A stretch of DNA of 64,000 nt from Macrostomum lignano (Eukaryota), in the NCBI GenBank assembly GCA_002269645.1, contig NIVC01000896.1, positions 62,001-126,000 of the forward strand, written 5' to 3'. The translations under genes and the position numbers were made by a program. How positions within the stretch are numbered: the first letter of the stretch is position 1; the number at the start of each line of letters is the position of its first letter. The notes under the pieces are model-generated. The model was not told where the DNA came from. It searched no databases and was given only the letters and a program-made list of their open reading frames with translations. Positions 1 to 9,788 of the stretch are shown here, piece by piece.

Positions 1-423
1 AAACTACTGGTGAACCATTGCTAAACTGCTGGTGAACCATTGCTTAACTGCTGGTGAACCATTGCTAAACTGCTGGTGAACCATTGCTAAACTGCTGGTG
101 AACCATTGCTAAACTGCTGGTGAACCATTGCTAAACTGCTGGTGAACTATTGCTAAACTGCTGGTGAACCATTGCTAAACTGCTGGTGAACCATTGCTAA
201 ACTGCTGGTGAACCATTGCTAAACTGCTGGTGAACCATTGCTAAACTGCTGGTGAACCATTGCTAAACTGCTGGTGAACCATTGCTAAACTGCTGGTGAA
301 CCATTGCTAAACTGCTGGTGAACCATTGCTAAACTGCTGGTGAACCATTGCTAAACTGTTGGTGTGGTGAACCATTGCTAAACTGTTGGTGAACCATTGC
401 TAAACTGTTGGTGAACCATTGCA
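1..423. repeat. 22-bp minisatellite (AAACTGCTGGTGAACCATTGCT)n, ~19 copies, truncated by the window edge
   Basis: Direct reading: near-perfect 22-bp period. The last three units carry the CTGTTGGT variant, and there is a 5-nt TGGTG duplication at ~361-368. Confidence 0.97.
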
Positions 424-868
424 AATTTTAAGCTATTTTTAAAGAGAACTGAATGAAAGACAACGAAAAAATAAACACTGTGTCAACCAAAAAAAAGCGC
501 CCGGTCGAAAATAAGACTCATCTGGATATGCTGAGATGTCAAGGCTTACGGTTGGGGTTTCTGGCAAATCAAGGCTAGTAAATTGCATTGCTGTCAAGTC
601 TCGTCGAAATGATTACTGAAATGCTGTGGCTTTTGTGGGAATCGCTAAAATGTCAAGGCTCAAGGGTGTCAAGGGTGGGTGAACTGCCGAGTTGTTAGGT
701 CTCATTGGGGGGAATATCTGGAATGCTTTGGCTCAAGGCTCATAGGGAGCTGCTGAGATGCCAACATGTGGAGAGTTACTGGGATGCTGTGAGCTTTCAG
801 CAGGATTAGGGTTAAATCATAAAAGAATCCCCCTGTCGACTATGAAAGATCGACTCATGCATGGAGGA

Positions 869-1290
869 ATTGCTATTGCCCAGTGGTCCAGCGCGGATCT
901 CTCATGTGCCAGCGGCCCTGGTTCGATTCCAAGCGCAGTCGGGGCTATATTGGAATCTCAGCCTTGGCTCTTCTCGTGCCATTAACGCCCTTGATGGCCA
1001 ACCCCCAAAAGCACAGTGAAGTGTACATTGCTAGCGATAAATTAAATTAGCGCCGCTGTACACTCCTGTGTGAGTGTGTGCCTGCGTACGTATCCGCGCG
1101 CTTGTATATATGGGCTCAGGGGAGTCGGCGGAATGGGCAGTAATGCCTCTCGCCGGTTGTGTGCCAAAGGAGGGTTCAGCGAAAGTCAGGGTATAAGGCA
1201 ATGGCCTTTGAAACGATCGGCGGCCTCCATTGCACTCTACCCCTCTAATTCACACAGTTGTCTGCAAGCTGCGAGGCAATAAATATAACG
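869..1290 (+). mobile_element. tRNA-derived SINE, family 1, copy A
   Basis: A-box-like TGCCCAGTGGT (~877-887) and B-box GGTTCGATTCC (920-930). The body aligns by eye with the reverse complement of 7728-8045 (e.g. GTGTGAGTGTGTGCCTG, GTCGGCGGAATGGGCAG). The 3' end near AATAAAT at ~1278-1290 is approximate. Confidence 0.75.
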
Positions 1291-2199
1291 ATTCGGACAA
1301 AAAATCAGAGTCCTTTGCAGAAAAAACAGTTTTCCAAATTTTTAAAACACTGAGACTTGAATCAACAGACTAAATTTTAACTAAAAAATTCTTAAATCTT
1401 TTGCAGTAAAATAACAGAAGGAGTGCCAAACTAAACATGCTCAATTGCTAACACGTTTCGATGCAATCGTCATCTTCAGGGCACGCTGTAACAAACACAA
1501 CCTCAACAACCATATATTTATAATCATAATAGTAAAACAATAGACAATGATTTCTTTGCAAAGGATCATTGTCACAACACGCTGTGCAGTCTAACAAGTG
1601 ATAGTGGATAGCAGAACATTTTAGCGAATGTTCTCTAACCCAGTATGTAGGTGTCGCTTAGTTTTCCCTAAGCGACACCTAAGAGAAAACGCTCTTATCA
1701 GCTGAGCAACAAAATTGATAGATGACAGCACCCTTGAGAGAAAGAGTAACAAGTCTTTAGTCTGCTAGCAAAACGGCCAATCTTTTCAGTATACGGAACA
1801 CAATGCAAATCCGGCATTTAAGCAATTTAAGCATAAACAGGGCGAGAAGTTTCTCACATACTTTATATATGTATATACGAGTAAATCCAGAAACTTGTCG
1901 AGAAAATTCAGTTAGGCAAAGTACCACGGTAGAGCGACTAGTGCTCGTTCTGTGGTCGTTCCATAGCGCTAAACATGGTTTCGACACAGGCGAATTCCAG
2001 AACTGAGATGTTTATCGCTAAAAGACAGATAACTTCCTGTGTCGCAATGCATTTCGCTGAGAAAAGCTCCAGCGAACGCCTCCAGCGTCCTGCTGAATCA
2101 GCTGTCCATGAGCTCATGTTGTTCGTAAATTCATTGTTGGACAGCTATTGCAAATTTTACTCTTTTGTCATGAATGTGTTATGACAGTGTGCTCTTTGC

Positions 2200-2960
2200 T
2201 AAGTTGCTGCACCGGGCCAGTGGGCCGTCCTCTCCCCCTCCCCCCTCCTTAGATATTTTCTGACTCACCCACCTGCACTTCTGCGCGTGCGTACCCCTCC
2301 CCTCCCTGCCTAGACCTTTTCTGTTGAGTCAACCCCCCCATGCTCTGCGTGCGACCCCCCCTGTGCGACCCCGCCCCATTATTTTGTTAGCTTTGCTGCC
2401 CCGCCCCTGTTTGTGATTGGCTGCCAGTCCCAGTCTGCCGTGCTGCGCCCCGGCGATTGGCTGGTACAGCTCATGCGTTGCCTTGGCTGATGTCTAAGCC
2501 CCCTTTTCTGCCTTTATCCCGCGCCCTCGACCCCCAGTTTGCTGCCTATTTATTCAGACCCCCTTGAGACCCCATTCTCGTCGTCCTCGTGGGTCCTCGG
2601 CGATTGTGCCAGCGTTGGTTGCTGAATTGCTATTCCTCGCAGAATTGCTAGACAAATATATAAGTAAAGAATATCGAGATCACCACTGCTCTGACGGCGC
2701 TGTTTCTTGTACGACTGAAATCGCGGCTGGTAAGCCTTCCAATTCGTACGTCATTTGGGTCTGCATCTGTACTAGGCACCTTAGAGGGATTAAGTGCGTC
2801 GTACGCCGGTCCCACCCCAAGCAGCTCTGCGTCGTACGCTCGAGCAGCCTAGTCCCGACGGACACCGCGTCGTACGCGTGTCAGTGGAGGACCGCAGCCA
2901 GGGTCAGTACACGAACCCGGGTCTGGGAAAGGGGCACGAAAGGACCGAGCCCCATCATCA
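2200..2960 (+). promoter_or_regulatory. GC-rich promoter- or LTR-like segment
   Basis: CCCCGCCCC GC boxes (~2370, ~2399), two GATTGGCTG (reverse CCAAT) boxes (~2415, ~2456), TATATAA at ~2656, and an imperfect tandem duplication at 2235-2360. No downstream gene identified. Confidence 0.3.
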
Positions 2961-3299
2961 CACTTTCGAATTCTGACTTGCAAAACTCATTACGCAAAAT
3001 TCGATAATTCTGCCTTTGAACTCAAAGTGTCAATAGAATTGCTTACATGCGGCTCATTGTTTTCCTGTGTGAAAATTTTATAAATGTGTGTGCACTAGAT
3101 GAATATTTATAAAATTATTATGTTTTAAAAGCATATGGCAAAGGCTAGTTTCTTGTCCTTCCTCACACAGATGCATCTAGTGTTTCCAGTAGGATTTGCA
3201 ATCACGTATACATAATCAAATAGTTGTCCTGCGCAAAATTATACATTCTGCTCAAAAGGTGTGCAGCCACAATTGCACGCACGCACTGGCGATACCAGA

Positions 3300-4012
3300 A
3301 CTCCAGTGCGAATGCACTGATTCCCGGCAGCGGCAGATGACGCGATGACTACTCGATGGAAAGGATTTCTGCAACTGGATGTATAGCTTACAGCAATTTG
3401 AAAGTCCGCAGTGCACATTTCGATGATTCAGCTTACAGCTGCCCCGCATTGCGGCATGAGGCATCTACTCGACCTGACGCAAACGCGACTGCAGTGCAGG
3501 CACTGATTGCTGAAAATCCACGATCAACAGTGCAACAGTTATCCAATGCTGTCGGCATTTCATCGGGAATTTTGTCGAGCATTCTGCACGAAAATCTCAG
3601 GCTGAGCAAGGTGTCTGCCCGCTGTGTGCCTCATTATCTGACTGAGGTGCAAAAGCAAGCTCAGGCCGATTAGTGCCGAGCCCAGCTGGACAGATTTGAC
3701 GAAGGCAGGTCAACAAGCACCTGGGAGGTCATCCATGGAGACGAGACTTTAGTGTACAGCTTCGACCCCGAAAGTTAAGCAGCAGTCGTCGCAATGGTTC
3801 CCTGTAGGAAGCAGCCCGCCTTCAAAATATTGATATGTTTGTCACGAAGCGTCACCAAGCAGATGTTGGCCATTTTCGTGGCTCGTAGCGGTCCAGTGGC
3901 AGTTATTCCACTGGAAACAGCAAACAGTGACTGCCAACTGGTATGTGACGGTGTGTCTTCCTCAGGTGCTGTAAGCTGTTGCTGAAAGACGCCCTAAGAC
4001 GCGACATCGGGG
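3300..4012 (+). mobile_element. mariner-family transposase pseudogene (fragment)
   Basis: Translation shows the HTH region (ENPRSTVQQLSNAVGISSG), CVPHYL (the WVPHEL motif), GDETLVYSFDPES (first catalytic D), and KQQSSQW and KQMLAIF after frameshifts. In-frame TAG at 3671-3673. No TIRs found. Confidence 0.85.
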
Positions 4013-4112
4013 GCAAAAAAATAAAAAAATCGATTTTTTATTCTGGCTATTTTTCACTACTGATGGCTGGTCCTAAGAGAAGTGTGAGAGTAAACTAACC
4101 GAGTGACCTATT

Positions 4113-4248
4113 ATGTCCCTGAGCGAGACACTTGACTCTGCATTGCTTCAATTCACCCAGCTGTAAAATGAGCACCAGCATTAGCTGGGGTAATTGAGGG
4201 TGTGTGGCGACCCCCAGTCCTTGGACTGAACAGCCGTACACAGCCTTC
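4113..4248 (+). mobile_element. SINE family 2, headless body fragment
   Basis: TTCACCCAGCTGTAAAATGAGCACCAGCATT...TTGGACTGAACAGCCGTACACAGCC matches the reverse complement of 59355-59470, which carries a tRNA-like head. Confidence 0.65.
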
Positions 4249-4811
4249 AAACGGCTTGCCAGTTACTATGGGTCAGCTTTTCCATTGCAGGGGACAATAC
4301 TCGTACTTTCTCAGAGTCAGTGGTGACGCACGCAGGAATTCTGTGTGTGCATAGAAGTAATACTATTGTAATACTAATGTGGAATGACCACCGTAGCCAG
4401 AAGGTCTGCATATCAAAGTGCGTCAAATGTTTGAACAGCATTGCAAATGGCAAAGTGGCCTTGCTTTAAGACTTAAATTAGTCGTTGAATTTAAATGAAC
4501 TCATATTCAAACTGCTCATGATGGATGCAAGCATACGAGTATCCGAGAAAAAGAACCATGCAAAGTGTTGGAGTTGTTCCCTGTTTTAAAGGCCATTCCC
4601 TGCAGAATTTTTCAGGAAGTAAATTAAAATCGAAGTCCATCGCCTTTTAATGCAGAAAAAAATTTTCCTGTGCATTTTCATTATCAGAATCGAGCGCTTC
4701 ATCTGACGGTTTCTGCTTGCGTTGCAACAAAATATTTCAGTTTGGACAAATTTTCAGGATGTCATGTTGCTTCAAAACTTCCTGATCTTCTGCGCCATCA
4801 TGCTGGTGCTG

Positions 4812-5408
4812 TTACATAAGCAGCATCTCGATCGCCTTCAGCGAGTAGTAGTAGCCAAAAATGAAACTCCAAATGGCTCCTTGTGCATAAACACCTCCGA
4901 TGGCAACAGATGCGTCTCTGTACTCTCCGTTTGGGAGGGTTACGTGACAGCTCTTGAAACACCAGGCACTTTTATACATTGTTGCGCAGTTGCCAGCGTA
5001 GGTGTCGTGATCAGCGTCCTTCGTGCTGAACTGCATGCCGTTGCTCCAGCGAGCGAGACTGTCGCCGATGCCGGCGCTGCCTGAGAAGCCGGACACGCTC
5101 AGCCGGTATTTGTCCGACTCGGGACCCACGGGAGAAGCTGGAGTACTCAGCCCAGTGCTCAGAGTCGCTCCACGCCTTCATCAGGATCCTCAGCTTCCGA
5201 GGACCAGAAGCAGTGAGAGCGTGGAGAGAGTTTAGGCCTGGGAAGATGCGGACGTCATGGCGGTGTTTGTCATTGAAGTCCGAGTTGGAAAAGGAAGCGA
5301 ATGGAGCAGATCTGAGATGCACTCACCGATCCAGTAGTTTCCGTCGGGTCCCTGACCGAACTCGTTCTGGTACTGAGTCCAGTTGTGGTAAAAGTCCACT
5401 GAGCCTCA
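4812..5408 (-). pseudogene. fibrinogen-related domain (FReD; ficolin/tenascin-like) gene fragment, frameshifted
   Basis: [27 protein letters not shown], then a GT-AG intron at 5238-5326, then GLNSLHALT...WAEYSSFS. A +1 frameshift at 5130-5132 leads to GPESDKYRL...NGMQFSTKDADHD...C...YYSLKAIEMLLM*. In-frame TGA at 5406-5408; the WW motif has decayed to WC. Confidence 0.85.
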
Positions 5409-6210
5409 AGAGTACAAAGATGCATCTACTGCTTGCAGGTTCTGCAGTAAGAATTATTTGGTGGCTCCACTTTGGTCTCTTCTATTCGCTGAAGGAGTTC
5501 GAGATGCTGGTTCTGTCACAGCACCAGCGTGATGGCATGGAAGATGCCGCTGCTGCAGCAGGCAAAATCGAGCCTTCAATCGGCTTGGAAGCAACTTTGA
5601 CATTAACAAAAATTTATCCAAACAAAATGTTTGTTAATATTTTCTGCAGTGAAGAATTCATTAGATATAGCATAATGCTTGATACGAATATTGAAAATAC
5701 ACGAGTTCAAAATTTCGGGCTATTTTTCTAATTCTATCAAATCTATTCCTGTCAAGTTCATACGCTTTTGGGTCTTGTCAAAGACAGCTAAAGTACAAGG
5801 ACGATCAAAACTCTCAAATGGTGTATTTAATTTTAACTCGATCCGGTGATGTACGAAGCTATTACGATCTCGTATCTGGCTTCTTGAAAAAAGTTTCAGA
5901 ACTATTTTAGATGAAATGGAGTGATGGAAATCCGTCCATTGTCTACATGTATACGACAGCGCGCAGCTTACCTGAGATTCCTAGAATTCACCAGAACTCT
6001 GTCGAAAGCTCTGATTAATATATCCGGAATCTTGTTGAACTTCTGGTACATCTGCCAGCTGAGTCTGATTTCGGCAGAGGCCAGGCTGTTTCGCACCAAC
6101 TACATCGGCTGCTTTGAGAATTCTGGCGAGAATCATTCGAAGGAATGAAGGACATTCTGACTTTTCCAGCCCATCAATTTGTTGGTTCGTCCAGTGCTCG
6201 CGCTTTGACT

Positions 6211-6443
6211 GGCGGCATTACTCAGGAGCGGTGAGGCGGCATGACTCAGGAGCGGTGAGGCGGCATGACTCAGGAGCGGTGAGGCGGCATGACTCAGGAG
6301 CGGTGAGGCGGCATGACTCAGGAGCGGTGTGGCGGCATGACTCAGGAGCGGTGTGGCGGCATGACTCAGGAGCGGTGTGGCGGCATGACTCAGAAGCGCT
6401 GAGGCAGCATGACTCAAGAGCGCTGGGGCGGCATGACTCAGGA
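6211..6443. repeat. 24-bp minisatellite (GCGGCATGACTCAGGAGCGGTGAG)n, ~9.6 copies
   Basis: Direct reading; 24-bp period. Confidence 0.95.
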
Positions 6444-6679
6444 TTTTAAAATTTTGGCATTGCAATTCAAGTATTATCGACTAGTTAAACCTAAATCCGA
6501 GTATAAGGATGGATTCTTGGCATCAGAAAAAGAGAGAAGGCAAATCAGATCAAATTATCGTACTAATAGCATTGGTACTTACTACTGCATGAATGAAGGT
6601 AAAATAAGGTGGAACCCTTCGAATGCTTGACCCATAAGTTCCAAATAAATAATATACAAGAACTTATGACTTCGGGTCA

Positions 6680-6870
6680 GAGAAGATGGAACAGGAGAGT
6701 CAATAGAGGAAAGATAGAAGAAGATAAGAGGAAAGATGATAGAATAGAGAAGAGGAGATTACAGGATAGAGGGGGAATAGAGAAGAGATGGGAGAAAATG
6801 AGAAAACTGAGAGATGAGAACAGAGTATAGATTAGAGGGGAGAGAAAAGAGGAGAGAAGAGAGCGCGTAG
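6680..6870. repeat. purine-rich (GA) low-complexity tract
   Basis: Almost only A/G on the + strand. Confidence 0.8.
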
Positions 6871-7379
6871 AAGACACAAACCTTGAGCCCGCCGGATTGC
6901 TATTGTGAAGTTTCAAACGATACCCGGGGGGCGGATAGAGAGGCTTTGCGGACCGGGGTTCGCATCCCCGTGGAACCATTGGAGAGTGACAGAGTTTAGG
7001 AAAAAATAGAAAGAAGCAACTTCGACATACGGTTCAGTTTTTAGCCACTTTAATATTCAAAGCTCCAATATTCACAGCATCTTAAAAAATAGAACTTGAT
7101 TGGCATACTCAATAGTTTTATTACCAGACATATCAGTCGAAAAATTTTATTCAGCACGTTTAACAAAACCTTCGTGAGGGTTGAGCTCATCCGTGGGAAT
7201 AAACATTCCAAGGCAGAGCAAACACAGCCAGTAAAAGCCTTCGTTACTGAAAAAAAGGTAAGAGGATATGTTAAAGTAAAAGCTGTTTAACAATTCCAAA
7301 AAGTGGGCTCGGGGGTTTTCAAGACTGCAAATTTGCTTTTCATCAGTTTGAGGCTCCACTATCCACTGCTTGCCGTTTG

Positions 7380-7683
7380 TCAGCCCAGTGTGAGAAAAAC
7401 CCCAGCTGCTGTGCTGAGAGTCTGGGGTATCAGGGTGAACTTTAATAGATGGCAGAGCTGCTTCTCGGAAATAAATAGCACTGCCTGACAGTCGTTGTCG
7501 CACCTGTACAGGCATTCAGTCAGTCTGCTGGCGCTGACGCTTTGGTGGACCGTTTTCGAAGGGCTCACTGTGAAGTAGGCTTTGTCTGCTGCTGTGAATC
7601 GGTTTGGATCTGAAGTTGCAATTGAATTTTGGTCGAAGTGATCGATGTTATTGAAGGAAGTAATATCCGTATCAAAGCTATTC
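7380..7683 (-). CDS. putative exon/ORF ending in a PAN/apple-like Cys motif
   Basis: Frame open from 7683 (after the acceptor-like CCCCCTGCCCCTAG) to TGA at 7380. It contains SASRLTECLYRCDNDCQAVLFISEKQLCHLL, whose C-x3-C-x3-C-x-A-x2-F-x6-C-x-L spacing resembles PAN domains. Confidence 0.4.
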
Positions 7684-7727
7684 TAGGGGCAGGGGGCTGC
7701 GTGCACCCTGGCGCACTTTAAGCGACA

Positions 7728-8045
7728 TTGTCACACAATCGGCAAGAGGCACTGCTGCCCATTCCGCCGACTTCCCAGAGCAGGCACACAGGCGCACGGA
7801 TACGTACGCAGTTATACGCACAGGCACACACTCACACATGAGTGTAGAGCGGCCCTAACTTTATTTATCCTTAGGCATGTACACTTCATTGTGCCTTTGG
7901 GGTTGGCTTTTAAGGGGCGTTAATTGCACGTGCAGACCTAAGCCAAGTTTTCAATTGCGCTCCAAGTTAATTTGACTGCACTTGGAATCGAGCCCTGGGC
8001 TGTTGGCACAAGAGATCTGCGCTATACCGCTAGGCTAAGGCCCCC
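7728..8045 (-). mobile_element. tRNA-derived SINE, family 1, copy B (3'-truncated)
   Basis: Head GGGGCCTTAGCCTAGCGGTATAGCGC...GGCTCGATTCC. The body is homologous to 869-1170. Confidence 0.75.
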
Positions 8046-8481
8046 TGCATGGCGAATGCTCACACGTGTACTTAAGCTCGAACACGGAATTCCTGCTTGA
8101 ACCGCCGCAGATTTGCATCGAATTTCCGCGGCACGGTCGATTGCAGTCGCTGTCGGGCGCTCGGCCGTGAGCTCCGTAAGAGTTGCCGCAGTAGCACTCG
8201 GAACTGTACTGCAGTCCCATGTAGGCGAAGCCACCTTGCGAACACACCCGACCACAGAGCTGGTAGGTCATGCCAGAACTAATGACCGTGTGAGCAGTGG
8301 AATGCACACTAAAGCCAAGCAGCTTGGTTACACCATGCAAGCCTCGCAAGTCTCGAGCTCTACCGTCACGGTAGCAGCCAACGCTAACTGTTCTCACCTC
8401 TCTGCATGAGACGCTTGACAGCAGCAGAAGCGAAACGATACAGCTCAGGAACAGTGTGTTTAATGAATTTATTGGAGACAT
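8035..8481 (-). CDS. secreted WSC-domain protein (148 aa as read; possibly truncated by the SINE)
   Basis: Hydrophobic signal peptide (LFLSCIVSLLLLSSVSC), then the WSC pattern VGCYRD...MTYQLCGRVCSQGGFAYMGLQYSSECYCGNSY...DCNRPCRGNSMQICGG..RNSVF. Confidence 0.85.
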   Translation of the reverse strand: MSPINSLNTLFLSCIVSLLLLSSVSCREVRTVSVGCYRDGRARDLRGLHGVTKLLGFSVHSTAHTVISSGMTYQLCGRVCSQGGFAYMGLQYSSECYCGNSYGAHGRAPDSDCNRPCRGNSMQICGGSSRNSVFELKYTCEHSPCRGP

Positions 8482-8827
8482 TAGTCTTCTTGTTCGCGTG
8501 TTACTTCAAGTACGTTTTGCTGGATTTTCCTAGTAGTTATAGTGATTCCTCAGTTCCCTGAGTGAATGCAACAATGCTTTAATATATGCGTCTTATACGA
8601 AATCCAAACGAATTTCTATTGGTCTATCGAGGCCATGGGGAATCTAAACCAATCACAGAGGTAGGACCAATCCATCTTGATACTGCGTGTAATGCAATAA
8701 CTGCACATGTAAAGAATTAGATTGCACTGAATAAGACCGGGATTTCATCATAAACGACTGAATACTATATCTGCTATAGTTATTGGTGATTTGTGTTACG
8801 TATAGTTTAACAGAAGCAGTCTGCCAG

Positions 8828-9087
8828 GGGTGTTGCTATTTCGCGGCCCGGCCCGGCCCGGCCTGGCGGTCTTGTTACTTTGGTTTTTAACTTAATTTAA
8901 AAAATAGAGCATCAGAAGTTCATTAAATTAACAATCAATATTTTACAATGTAGTAAACTCACAATTGACTCTAAAAATATGCGGCATTCTGGTCAGTATT
9001 TTTTGTTTTACTTATTTACTAAAATAGATTTACATTGGCTAAATAGGGGCCGCCCGGGCCGGGCCGGGCCGCGAAATAGCAACACCC
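8828..9087. mobile_element. 260-bp MITE with 34-bp perfect TIRs and 9-bp TSD (Mutator/Merlin-type)
   Basis: TIR GGGTGTTGCTATTTCGCGGCCCGGCCCGGCCCGG at 8828-8861 and its reverse complement at 9054-9087. GTCTGCCAG is duplicated at 8819-8827 and 9088-9096. AT-rich non-coding interior. Confidence 0.93.
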
Positions 9088-9788
9088 GTCTGCCAGTGGT
9101 TTCTTCAGAAATATTGTCGTTTATAACAATTTTTCTCATAAAGCTCTAAATAATATAAAGTTTTAATATTAAAATAGGCAAAATAGGAAAATCTTTAAAA
9201 GAATAATAATGTAACAATCAAACGCAGGACTATTTTGTTTAAACTAGGTATCAGTCATAAAACGTATTTTCCCTCTATAGGCCTAGACGAAATCTGGAAC
9301 AGTGAAACCTCTATTAAATACTCGTAGTTGAATTCATCAAATTCACCAGTGCTTAGCAGTCCGGTAAAAAAGGTGATAGTGGGTCCAAATATATATTATA
9401 TTATGAAACACCAACTACTTGAATCCAAACTACGCTTTGTTTATAAAAATTTAGTAAAATATTTTTACCATCGTTAAACAGATTAATTGATTATAAAGAG
9501 GCTAATTATTATTTATGAAACGATATACATACCACTAAAATTTCCATTAAACTTACTACAAAGTAGTCCCTACTGTTTTCGTCGTGGAGACGAAAAACAT
9601 TTCAATCAGTACTACGTCAGTATATTGACAGCTTTCGGTCAATGATAGCCATCACGAGGTTAAAAATCGAAGTTAAACTATGTGCTCAAAGTTCTTTTTG
9701 TTAGATGAAACTAATTATGATTCAGTAAGCTTTCAACAAAAAAATTATCATGAAACCTCCTCAGGCTATAAGCGATTCAAAAAAGCAT

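Noticed and set aside
1930-2090. hAT dimerisation-like peptide on - (LLAINISVLEFACVETMFSAM)
   Set aside because: Short and lacks the diagnostic ERxFS; could be chance.
2796-2877. CRISPR-like repeat-spacer pattern
   Set aside because: Only three 11-bp repeats, unequal short spacers, eukaryotic context and no cas genes. Kept only as a low-interest motif cluster.
6030-6210. Possible degenerate second WSC start (RTNYIGCFEN...)
   Set aside because: Only a YIGCF motif, followed by a stop and wrong Cys spacing; too weak without an HMM search.
6954-6978. tRNA T-arm-like CGGGGTTCGCATCCCCG followed by TGGAACCA
   Set aside because: No matching 5' acceptor strand, D-arm or A-box upstream; not a supportable tRNA gene.
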